Below, one piece after another: positions 45,465-53,826 of a stretch of DNA of 64,000 bases. The position numbers and the translations under genes are program-made. Under the pieces are notes generated by a model that was not told the DNA's origin, ran no database searches, and worked only from the letters and a program-made list of their open reading frames with translations. The stretch comes from a virus, in the IMG/VR virus record IMGVR_UViG_3300031954_000001, positions 44,795-108,794 of that record; one strand, 5' to 3'. Positions within the stretch are counted from its first letter, which is position 1; each line of letters begins with the position of its first letter.

Positions 45465-46541
45465 TCACAGCTTCTCAGCCAGGGTCAGGAACCGCTTCGC
45501 GTTGGCCTCGAACGTGCGGTCGGCGATGGCAGACCGGGCCTGGCGCGCGGCCTCCTCCCGTTTCGCGTCGTGAGCTAGCATCCAGCGCAGCTTGTCGCTG
45601 GCGTCCTTCGGGTCACCGAAAGTAGGCAGCATCGGGAACACTGCGTCACCTTCGGGTCTCGGGTCGCGGATGAAGGGCAGCTGAACCGCCGCCATCTCCA
45701 CCTCGCGCGGCCCCATGGCGTACGCCTGGCCGTTCCAGTGCTCGTACGGGCTGGTCTCCCGCCGGTAGAAGTTGATTCCCATCTTCGCGTGCTGGTACAG
45801 CCCGATCGCTTGCTCGTTGTCGACGCAGTCGGGCTGCCCGAGCTCGGATCCGACGAACCGGGCCACGGTGGAGGCCGGGTCCAGCTTGCCCCACTCGTTG
45901 CCGCCGAGCAGTACGTCGATGCCGTCCAGGTCCATGAGCTCGAAAAACGAGACCCGGCTGGGGAACGCGGTGCCGATGAAGCACAGGTCGCTGGCCAGTT
46001 CCGGGTTACGCGGGCCTTGCCGGGGCCGGTGCAACGACGGCCGGTAGGCGTGCGGCATGTACTCGGCGCGCACGTGCTCCCGGAACATCTCTATGTTGAC
46101 CGGGTCATTGAGCAGCACCAGGTCGGCCATCTGGGCGCGCGTCATCTGCTCGTCGTCCTGATACGGGCTCTCGGTCGTGAGCATGATGATCTTGAAGTTA
46201 CGCATCCGCATCAGCTGCATGGTCCCGGCGTTCATGTAGAACCCGCTGATGCACAGCACGACGTCCGGCCAGAAGGTCAGCAGCGCGTGGCTGAGCCCTT
46301 CCATGGCGGCGTGGAAGATACCATCCTCGGTGAACATGTTCTTCACGATCGGGTGGCCGCTCTCATCAACCTGGTGCGTATCGACCAGCGCGCTGCCGAA
46401 CGCTACCAACCTGTCATTCATGTTAAAAGGGGCGACGTTGCCCGGGCCGAGCAAGCCGGTCAGCGCCTCCATCCAGCCAGCAAAGACGTCATGCACACTG
46501 AAGTCGGGTAAAGGCCCAGGATGAAGAACTAGAACACGCAT
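45465..46541 (-). CDS. GT-B glycosyltransferase (CgeB-like)
   Basis: PDVVL, TESPY.D, YMPHAY.P.LH.P, SDLCFIGT...SR, Y..AKMGINF and GPREVEMAA. Confidence 0.85.
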   Translation of the reverse strand: MRVLVLHPGPLPDFSVHDVFAGWMEALTGLLGPGNVAPFNMNDRLVAFGSALVDTHQVDESGHPIVKNMFTEDGIFHAAMEGLSHALLTFWPDVVLCISGFYMNAGTMQLMRMRNFKIIMLTTESPYQDDEQMTRAQMADLVLLNDPVNIEMFREHVRAEYMPHAYRPSLHRPRQGPRNPELASDLCFIGTAFPSRVSFFELMDLDGIDVLLGGNEWGKLDPASTVARFVGSELGQPDCVDNEQAIGLYQHAKMGINFYRRETSPYEHWNGQAYAMGPREVEMAAVQLPFIRDPRPEGDAVFPMLPTFGDPKDASDKLRWMLAHDAKREEAARQARSAIADRTFEANAKRFLTLAEKL

Positions 46542-46590
46542 GGGCTCTGACCACCCCCTTTCGCCGGCTTCCTCGTCCAGGTATCCGGCA

Positions 46591-47016
46591 TCAGTGCGCT
46601 CCGCCCTGCAGGTTTAGCCTGGCCCCGAAATAGGTTACGCCAGCATATTCTATTCTGCCGTAGTTCGAGATGGTCATGGGCTCGCACCATTCCGCGGTGC
46701 CCATGAGCGTCGGGTCTTTCAGGACCGCAGCCGGGACCGACTCGGTTTCCCCCGGGCCGATGCCCAGGTAGGCGTCCAGCGCGCGCTGGGTGATCTCTAC
46801 CTGAGCGGAGTCGCTGATGATGAGCAGCACGACCAGAGTGAATCCGGCCGCCTCGTCAATGGTCTGCCCGTAGGTGATGAACGGCGTGCCGGGCACGACC
46901 ACCGCGCACGGCGGGTTAACGTGGTCCCGGGCCTGCCCGTCGCAGCGCAGCCCGGTGTACTGCGTGATCTGGACGGCCAGCTGGTTGCGAATCGCGGTCA
47001 TGTCAACTTTGACCAC
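46591..47016 (-). CDS. tail terminator / head-tail joining protein
   Basis: IRNQLA..I....GLR......VNPPCAVV; size and position fit. Confidence 0.7.
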   Translation of the reverse strand: MVKVDMTAIRNQLAVQITQYTGLRCDGQARDHVNPPCAVVVPGTPFITYGQTIDEAAGFTLVVLLIISDSAQVEITQRALDAYLGIGPGETESVPAAVLKDPTLMGTAEWCEPMTISNYGRIEYAGVTYFGARLNLQGGAH

Positions 47017-47371
47017 CCCCTGGCGGTTGCTCCTGCTCGCCGGGCCGCAGCCAGCCGGGCGGCGGGTCGGTCACCCAGTCAGCCGGGTCCTTGCCGGCGT
47101 TCGGGCAGCCGCCGCCATGCCCGCCGCCGCCGTAGGCGAAGCAGACCGGGCACTCACCGATCTCGGTCATGCTGCCGGACCCGCCCTGGCCGATCTGCCC
47201 GATGTCCGGGTCGGTGTACTCATAGACGGTCACGATGGCTGCGCCGACCCCGATGTCCACCGCGTCATCGGTCTTGGCCACGGACATGGCATCGCCCGCC
47301 ACCGCAGTGTCGGGCAGCGCCTTGCTGCTGCGCCTGCGGGGTGCGGGCAGCTTGTCGCCCGCCGGGCTCAC
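47003..47371 (-). CDS. hypothetical protein
   Basis: Coupled ORF; CPVC...H...C. Confidence 0.6.
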   Translation of the reverse strand: MSPAGDKLPAPRRRSSKALPDTAVAGDAMSVAKTDDAVDIGVGAAIVTVYEYTDPDIGQIGQGGSGSMTEIGECPVCFAYGGGGHGGGCPNAGKDPADWVTDPPPGWLRPGEQEQPPGGGQS

Positions 47372-47607
47372 TTCCCGGCGCCCTTGCCGGCCGGCTTGGC
47401 GGGCGCCTTCGCGGGCGCCTTTGCCTTGCCCTTGCCGCCGAACGGCGGGGCCTGCTTGCCGCCGAACGGCTTGCCGGCGCCCTGGGCGCTCGCGGGTCCT
47501 CCGGTGGTCCCGGTGGTTCCGCTCGCGGCCGGGCCGGTACTGCCGGCGGTCCCGGGCTTGGCGGGCGCCTTCCCCTTGGGCTTGGCTGGTGGCTTGGCTG
47601 GTGGCAT
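47368..47607 (-). CDS. small Lys/Pro/Ala-rich basic protein
   Basis: AGGAGGAG RBS; PAKP repeats. Confidence 0.65.
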   Translation of the reverse strand: MPPAKPPAKPKGKAPAKPGTAGSTGPAASGTTGTTGGPASAQGAGKPFGGKQAPPFGGKGKAKAPAKAPAKPAGKGAGK

Positions 47608-47621
47608 GGCTCCTCCTGTTG

Positions 47622-47729
47622 TTACTGGGGTGCTCCCTCGCAGCAGTTCTCTTTCAGCCCGCAGGCCGGGCAGCGCCACCGGCAGCCCACCGGGTCATAG
47701 CGGTGCCCGCAGCCGTCGCAGATCTTCAC
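47622..47729 (-). CDS. 35-aa zinc-ribbon peptide
   Basis: KICDGCGHRYDPVGCRWRCPACGLKENCC; GTGA overlap. Confidence 0.6.
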   Translation of the reverse strand: MKICDGCGHRYDPVGCRWRCPACGLKENCCEGAPQ

Positions 47730-48370
47730 TCGCCCTCCCACTCCAGCCACCACGCCTCCTCGGGCGTGCCGTCGCGGGGCAGTGCCCGGCACCAGCTGAT
47801 CATCCCGTCGTCGGTGGCCAGCGCCGCGTGGTAGCCGCTGCCGAGCTGTACCCCGTAGATCAGGCCGGGTGAGCCGCAGTCCGGGTCGCACTGCTCGAAG
47901 TAGGCCAGATGCTCGCCGCCCAGGCCGTGCTCGCGGGCGGCCTCGAACAGCTCGCCGAGCGGCACGTTCCCGGCCAGCTGCCAGAACTCGATGATGTCCG
48001 AGGGCTGGACGCAGGCCCCGGTGTGGATCAGCAGATGCTCCGACAGCGCGACCGGCCCGCACACCGGCAGCAGCTGAAGATCCAGCCAGAGCGCTCCCGG
48101 ACTTGGAACCAGGCCCGGGACATCCAGCCGCTGGACCGCCATCACCCAGCCGGGAAGCGCCGCCGCTGGTTTCTTCCGCACCGCCGGGGCCTTGCCGCTG
48201 GCGCGGGCTCGCTGCGCGGCGCGGGCTACGGCCAGGTTCCGGCGCGAGGCCGCCTTCTGCTTGGCGGTCCGCGCCCGGCCTTTCAGCGCGGCCCTGGCCT
48301 TGACCAGGTTGGCCCGGTCCGCGGCGGCCTGCTTTGGGGAGATCGCGCTGACCCGCTTGGCCGCCGTCAT
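47726..48370 (-). CDS. protein with a basic N-terminal repeat and a possible papain/C39-like C-terminal domain
   Basis: Duplicated KQ.AA.R.NL..ARAA; CGPVAL ... YHAAL pattern. Confidence 0.55.
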   Translation of the reverse strand: MTAAKRVSAISPKQAAADRANLVKARAALKGRARTAKQKAASRRNLAVARAAQRARASGKAPAVRKKPAAALPGWVMAVQRLDVPGLVPSPGALWLDLQLLPVCGPVALSEHLLIHTGACVQPSDIIEFWQLAGNVPLGELFEAAREHGLGGEHLAYFEQCDPDCGSPGLIYGVQLGSGYHAALATDDGMISWCRALPRDGTPEEAWWLEWEGE

Positions 48371-48479
48371 AACCGGCCGCGTCCTCCGCAGCCGCCCCGG
48401 CTCCCGGCGCAGGCCGCCGGCATGACGGTCGGCACCAGGGCGGGGCAGTTGACGGTGGTCAGGACGAACACCGGTCTCC

Positions 48480-48650
48480 CTAAACCGGCTGGACTGTCGG
48501 CGGCGGCGGGTGCTCTACCGCATTATGGGCGTCCTGCGCCTCCATCGGGATGATCGCCTGGCAGGTATCGCAGGGCTTGAGGTGAACCGCGTCGGTGACC
48601 GGGCCTTCTGCCGTGTCCGGCACCCACAGCAGGACGGGAACGTACGTCAT
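48480..48650 (-). CDS. 56-aa C2H2-type zinc-binding peptide
   Basis: AGGAGGAG RBS; CDTC...H....H; not in the ORF track. Confidence 0.6.
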   Translation of the reverse strand: MTYVPVLLWVPDTAEGPVTDAVHLKPCDTCQAIIPMEAQDAHNAVEHPPPPTVQPV

Positions 48651-48661
48651 TTCTCCTCCTA

Positions 48662-49621
48662 TCAGATTCCGACTTTATGTCTCGGATTGACGAATGCCTG
48701 CAAATTCTCCACTACAGAAGTATTGCTCTGAATGCGGATCACGCCGATGTCGGAAACGCCGGCCACGCCGAAAGGCGCGTCCTTGGTCTTATAGATGTCA
48801 GACGCGAGAATCCGGTTCGACTCCGAAATCTGCCACGGGACAGATTTCCATCCCCACGGGCCGACGATCTTGACCCGGTCCATGTGGCTGTAGGGCCAGG
48901 TGAACGGCAGCCACTTACCCGACTGGACGACCTGGATCTGGCGGAACGGCCGGGATGCACCGGTCCCGGTGTAGTTCGGGTTGAACCGCCCCGGCCCGTA
49001 GCGCAGCACGAAATCGGTGCCCCGGACCCAGGTCTGCTCGTAAATGCCGTCGCCGTCGTAATCGACTGTCATCACGATGGACGGGTCATCGACCAGGTCG
49101 TCAATATCCAATGTCCACACATTCGTCGGCTGGTATGTGCGGGCTTCTACGATGCGATTGAAATGTCTACCGCACCATTCATTAATCCACCCCGCCGCCG
49201 TGGCGATCGCGTTAAGCAGCAGGGAATCGTCGCTGGTGTCGGTGATCCCGAGCCGGTCGTGCATCTCTTCCAGGCTGGTGTACCACAACTGGCTGACCGC
49301 GGAGGGCATGACGCGCCAGGTGCCGGGCTGGACGTCGCTGACGACCCCGCTGCCGACCCACTCATACCCCCACAGCCCGTCGATCCCGGCGACGGACGGT
49401 GAGCACGGCACGGACAAGGTGTACTTGCCGGTCATCACCTTGACGATGTCGGCGGGCGCGGTGCCGAGGTAGGTGTGGGTGACCGATACCCCGGCCGGCT
49501 CGGTGATCACGCAGTACACCGAGGTCGGGTCGGCGGGGGTGCCGTTGCCGTCCGCGAAGCCGGCTGACAGCACGGCGATCTCGGACTGGTTGTCGTAGAA
49601 GACCTGCGCGGTCACACTCAC
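48662..49621 (-). CDS. head-to-tail adaptor with an extra N-terminal domain
   Basis: YTSLEEMHDRLGI.D..DD.LL..AI..A...I..WCGR.F and WGW..VP motifs. Confidence 0.8.
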   Translation of the reverse strand: MSVTAQVFYDNQSEIAVLSAGFADGNGTPADPTSVYCVITEPAGVSVTHTYLGTAPADIVKVMTGKYTLSVPCSPSVAGIDGLWGYEWVGSGVVSDVQPGTWRVMPSAVSQLWYTSLEEMHDRLGITDTSDDSLLLNAIATAAGWINEWCGRHFNRIVEARTYQPTNVWTLDIDDLVDDPSIVMTVDYDGDGIYEQTWVRGTDFVLRYGPGRFNPNYTGTGASRPFRQIQVVQSGKWLPFTWPYSHMDRVKIVGPWGWKSVPWQISESNRILASDIYKTKDAPFGVAGVSDIGVIRIQSNTSVVENLQAFVNPRHKVGI

Positions 49622-49683
49622 CTCCGGTGGTCCCGCACGAGGTGAGGTGGCTGACCAGCTTCCAGCTTAGGCCCCGGCGGCCC

Positions 49684-49902
49684 TTACGGCCAGGTGCCTG
49701 TCACCCGGCCGTTGACCCGCAGCATCACCATGGCCGGGACCGGGCCGTCCCAGCGGATCTGCGCGACCCGGCCGGCCTCGTCCCAGTCCAGGAACGCGGG
49801 CTGCCACCCGGTGCCGGGGGCTTCCATCTCGATGACAGCCAGCTCGGGTCCGTCGAAGGCGACGCGCAGCCATCCGTCACCGGTAACGTACGGTTTCACC
49901 AC
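49684..49902 (-). CDS. hypothetical protein
   Basis: AGGAG RBS. Confidence 0.55.
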   Translation of the reverse strand: MVKPYVTGDGWLRVAFDGPELAVIEMEAPGTGWQPAFLDWDEAGRVAQIRWDGPVPAMVMLRVNGRVTGTWP

Positions 49903-49912
49903 GGCTCCTAGC

Positions 49913-50269
49913 CTAGGTCACGGTCAGCGTATCCACTTTCCGAATAATGGCTTCCGAGGCGGTGACCACCAGGACCCACACCTGGTAGCTGCCCGGGGTC
50001 AGCGTTGACAGGTCCCCGGCCGGCACGCCCGCGCTGCCCGGGCCGACCTTGGTCACCACGTCCACCTGCCCGGTCACAGCGAGCGGCGGCAGCGGCAGGA
50101 TGGTGCCATCGACCAGGGTGACGGTGGTGAAGTCGGTTACGGCCGGGATCTGGTTGGGGTTGGTGTTGACGTAGATCCCGACCCGGGTGATGTCGCTGAC
50201 GTGCCCGCGGGTGATGGTCAGGGTGTTGGCGATGTACTCGGTGGCGGTGTTGTAGATGGACGTGCTCAT
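49913..50269 (-). CDS. putative structural protein (beta-rich)
   Basis: LTPGSYQVWV motif; coupled start. Confidence 0.65.
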   Translation of the reverse strand: MSTSIYNTATEYIANTLTITRGHVSDITRVGIYVNTNPNQIPAVTDFTTVTLVDGTILPLPPLAVTGQVDVVTKVGPGSAGVPAGDLSTLTPGSYQVWVLVVTASEAIIRKVDTLTVT

Positions 50270-51720
50270 CAGCTGCTCCTGTTCAGGGTGACCGGCCCGG
50301 CGGACTTGCCGTCACCCGCGGTCGGCCCTGCGGCGGCGATCTGCGCCCGGGACGCGGTGGGGCTGACGGCCACGGTGATGTCAATCTGGCCGGTGACCGG
50401 CTCCAGCGAGACCGCCTTCGCGGTCGCGGCCGGCGGCGACGGCGTAACCCTGGGGAACGGCGGCGACGGAGCGCGGGCCGCCGCGACCGCCGCCCCCGCC
50501 ACCACCGGCTGCACTTCCAGGTCCACCCAGTAGCACTGGTAGTAGCCGTCCACGTAGAGGTACGGGTACTGGTTGGGCGGCCCGACCGCGAACGTGGCCT
50601 GGCCCGGCTCGGTCAGCCCGTTGGAGTACGGCGGGGTGGTGGCCGCGGAGTTCAGGAACTCATACGACTGCTGGCCCGCCGTGGTGGGCGGCGCGTACAG
50701 CGGCCCCTCGGTGATCCCGCTGATGCCGCAGGCGTTGGCCGTGTTCCCGGAGTAGACGCCGAAGTAGCCGAACGTCATGGCGCTCCAGCTGTCCGGGGTG
50801 GCGGCGCCGTTGTAGATGCTGACCTTGTACGTGCCAATCGGCAGGGTCAGCGTGACCGGGGCCGAGATCCACCCGGACCCGGCCGCGCCGGACCAGGACG
50901 GGCTGGTGTTCCCGTAGATCCTGGTGCCGGTTGTCCCGGTCCCGGTGGGCACCCAGATATCGACGGACGTGGCCAGCTGCGCGGTGCCGGGCGGGCTGAA
51001 GTACCAGATCTTCTGCACGTAGCAGGCTTGGCTCAGCCGGATCTCGGTGGCGACGACGTAGTTGAGAGGGCTGTCGCCGCCGGTCCCGCTGACCGCGTCG
51101 GCCTTGTTCGGCCACAGCCGGTACGTGCCCGTATAGCTGGCCGGCGTGACGTCGGTGACCTGGACGTCGGCCCAGAAGTTGTCGGCCAGGGACTGGGACT
51201 GCGGCATGACCGCGGCCGGGTCGGAGCTGGCGGTGGAGAACGCCTGGGCGGGCTCGGCGGTGTACGGGCAGGAGACCGGGCTGGCCCCGAAGCCGAACAG
51301 CGGCCCGTTCGTGATCCCGGCGGCGTACGGCTGCCCGGTGCCGAACTGGTTCGGGGTGTCGGGGAAGTTCCCGTTAACGCCGATCGCGGCGGTGTACGGG
51401 GTGGAGGACGTGCTGCCGATGGCCAGCGGGACCGGCACAGGCAGCGGGATCCAGTTCCACTGCCCGGCGGTCAGCGGCCCGGAGGTGACCACCGAGCCGG
51501 GGACGAGGATGCCGCCGCCGGCCGCGCCGGCCTTGTGCGCCCACAGCGCGCACTTGACGGGGGCGGTAGAGGCCCCGGACGGGCACACCCACCACCAGTA
51601 GCCCTCGAAGAACATGCCGGCCCGGGTGACGGTGAAGCACGCCCCGGCGATCCAGTTGCCGGTGTAGGAGGCCGGCGCGGACGGGCCGGGCGTGGACGGG
51701 AACAGCCGGTAGGACGTCAT
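50269..51720 (-). CDS. putative virion protein with two DUF4082-like domains
   Basis: Internal duplication YRLFP...NFWADVQV and YRLWP...YWVDLEV. Confidence 0.7.
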   Translation of the reverse strand: MTSYRLFPSTPGPSAPASYTGNWIAGACFTVTRAGMFFEGYWWWVCPSGASTAPVKCALWAHKAGAAGGGILVPGSVVTSGPLTAGQWNWIPLPVPVPLAIGSTSSTPYTAAIGVNGNFPDTPNQFGTGQPYAAGITNGPLFGFGASPVSCPYTAEPAQAFSTASSDPAAVMPQSQSLADNFWADVQVTDVTPASYTGTYRLWPNKADAVSGTGGDSPLNYVVATEIRLSQACYVQKIWYFSPPGTAQLATSVDIWVPTGTGTTGTRIYGNTSPSWSGAAGSGWISAPVTLTLPIGTYKVSIYNGAATPDSWSAMTFGYFGVYSGNTANACGISGITEGPLYAPPTTAGQQSYEFLNSAATTPPYSNGLTEPGQATFAVGPPNQYPYLYVDGYYQCYWVDLEVQPVVAGAAVAAARAPSPPFPRVTPSPPAATAKAVSLEPVTGQIDITVAVSPTASRAQIAAAGPTAGDGKSAGPVTLNRSS

Positions 51721-51724
51721 CAGC

Positions 51725-52321
51725 TCACACTCCCGCGCCCAGCGGCGCCCGGACGGATACGTTACCCGCGCTGACGGCCGCACGGGATGCCAGCGGGGCG
51801 GCGGCCGTTCCGTCGCTGACCGTCGTCCCGGCCGCGGAGACCTGGGACCGGGACGAGGTCGGGCCGGCGAAGACGGTGACGTCGATGAACAGCCGCCCGC
51901 GCGGCCCGCTGGCGTCCGGGGCGGTGCCCGCCGCGGCCGGGGTGACGCAGACCGGGGCGGCGAACGGGATCCCGGCGCTCAGGTACGTCACCGACAGGGC
52001 GACGTAGTCCACCGACGCGACCGCGCCGGGCGGTGCGGTGCCGCTGCCGGCGGTGATCCGCAGGTGCAGCCAGTGCAGCTGCGCCCAGGCCGGCGGCCCG
52101 AAGATAACCGTGTCAATGTGTGCCGGGCTGGTGCTCGCCGTCCCGGCGGCCGAGCCGAGCAGCGCGCCGGAGATGCCGTCGTGCAGCTCGTACGCCAGCG
52201 GCCCCATGGCCAGGTCCGACACCCATCCGTTCACGGCGGCGGTGACCGAGTCGATCGTGTCGGTCGGCGCGACCATAGGGAAGGTGAACCCGGACAGGTC
52301 CAGCGGCGCGGACGCGGTCAT
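51725..52321 (-). CDS. putative virion protein (paralogous to the N-terminus of 52318-53826)
   Basis: Shared IDSVTA.V...L.YEL.D...ST...H.DTV.F.PPAW.QL..L.LR...ASVDY.ALSV.Y. Confidence 0.7.
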   Translation of the reverse strand: MTASAPLDLSGFTFPMVAPTDTIDSVTAAVNGWVSDLAMGPLAYELHDGISGALLGSAAGTASTSPAHIDTVIFGPPAWAQLHWLHLRITAGSGTAPPGAVASVDYVALSVTYLSAGIPFAAPVCVTPAAAGTAPDASGPRGRLFIDVTVFAGPTSSRSQVSAAGTTVSDGTAAAPLASRAAVSAGNVSVRAPLGAGV

Positions 52322-53826
52322 TCGCCCACCCCCGTGCTGACCGAGGCCCGCTCGCCAACCACGGCGGTGATGCCCGCGTTCCCGCGGACCCCGCCCGTGA
52401 ATGTCCCGGCCGGCAGCACGGCGGCGGATACGGATGCGGCGGCAACCGCGGGCGCGGTGGTGCAGTAGCCCTTGACCACCCGCTGCGGGATGGCGGGCGC
52501 GGTCGCGACAGCCTGCGGCACCCCGGCCGGGACGGCGATGGCGGCAGCCGGCTGACTGGCCAGGGCCAGGCCCGGGGCGGTCCCGGCGAAGACCAGCAGC
52601 CCGTGCGCCATGGTCGCGTCGTACGCGGCGCCGGCCGCGGCGGCCAGCCCGGCCAGGACCATCTTGGCCGTGCCCGCGGACGGTGTCAGCGCGGCGGCGG
52701 ATCCCTGGGCGAGCCCGGCGAACGCGTTCCCGGCCAGGGTCAGCGACGGGCCGGCGGCTGACCCGGCCGCGCCGGCGGGGCCCGCTGTGACGGTGATGCC
52801 CCGCTGCACGGCCGGGTCCGGGGCGTTCGCAGCGGACTGCCCGGCTCCCGCGGGGACCCCCAGCATAACAGCCGGGGACGGGACCTGCGTCCCGGCCGCA
52901 GCCGGCGCCGGGTTCGCGGTGCCCAGCGCGACCGTGGTGACCGCGGGCGCCGGCGCGGACGCGGCGGACTGCGCGAGCCCGGCCGGGCCGGAGACGGCCA
53001 CCTGGACAGACGGCCCGGGCGCGGACGCCTGGGCCTGCGCGGGCGCGGCGGTCCCGGCGATAGCCACCTGGATGGCGGCCGGCGGCGCGGACGCGGCGGA
53101 GGCAGCGAGCCCGGCCGGGCCGGAGACGGCCACCTGGACGGACGGCCCGAGCGCGGCGGCCGGGGCCTGGGCGAGCCCGGCCGGGCCGGCGACGGCCACC
53201 TGGGCGGACGGCGCCGGCGCGGCGGCCTGGGCCTGGGCGGGCGGCGGGCTGGCGGATCCTTGCGCGAACGTGGTGACGGACGGGCCCGGGGCGGCGGCTG
53301 ACGCGGCGGCCGGCCCGGCCGGGACGGTGACTTGCGGGACGCCCTGCACGGCCGGCAACGGCGCGGACGCGGCGGCCGGGGCGGCGGCCGGGGCGGCGGC
53401 TGCGGCCGGGACCGGCGCGGGTGCCGCCGCGGTGGCAGCGGCCATGTCCGGCGGCTGGGCGATGACGTACGGGATGCCCAGCGAGACGTAGCTGACCGAC
53501 AGGGCCGCGTAGTCCACGGAGGCGACCGAGCCGGGCGCGGCCGAGCCCGAGTCGGCGTACACCCGCAGCTGCAGCCCGGCCAGCTGCCCCCAGGCAGGCG
53601 GCGGGAAGGTGACCGTGTCGTAGTGCGTGCTGCTGGTGCTGGCCTGCCCGGTGGCGGTGCCGATCAGGATGCCGAGCGCGTCGCGCAGCTCATAAGACAG
53701 CGGGTTCATCCCGCCGACCGACATCCGGCAGTGGACGGTCGCGGTGACCGAGTCGATCTCATCGGACGGGACCGGCGGCATGGTGATGCCGAAGCCGGAG
53801 ATGACCAGCGCGGGGGAGGTGGTCAT
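52318..53826 (-). CDS. Ala/Pro-repeat fibre-like virion protein
   Basis: About 20-aa repeats AGLAQ.AASAPAPSVQVAV. Confidence 0.75.
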   Translation of the reverse strand: MTTSPALVISGFGITMPPVPSDEIDSVTATVHCRMSVGGMNPLSYELRDALGILIGTATGQASTSSTHYDTVTFPPPAWGQLAGLQLRVYADSGSAAPGSVASVDYAALSVSYVSLGIPYVIAQPPDMAAATAAAPAPVPAAAAAPAAAPAAASAPLPAVQGVPQVTVPAGPAAASAAAPGPSVTTFAQGSASPPPAQAQAAAPAPSAQVAVAGPAGLAQAPAAALGPSVQVAVSGPAGLAASAASAPPAAIQVAIAGTAAPAQAQASAPGPSVQVAVSGPAGLAQSAASAPAPAVTTVALGTANPAPAAAGTQVPSPAVMLGVPAGAGQSAANAPDPAVQRGITVTAGPAGAAGSAAGPSLTLAGNAFAGLAQGSAAALTPSAGTAKMVLAGLAAAAGAAYDATMAHGLLVFAGTAPGLALASQPAAAIAVPAGVPQAVATAPAIPQRVVKGYCTTAPAVAAASVSAAVLPAGTFTGGVRGNAGITAVVGERASVSTGVGE

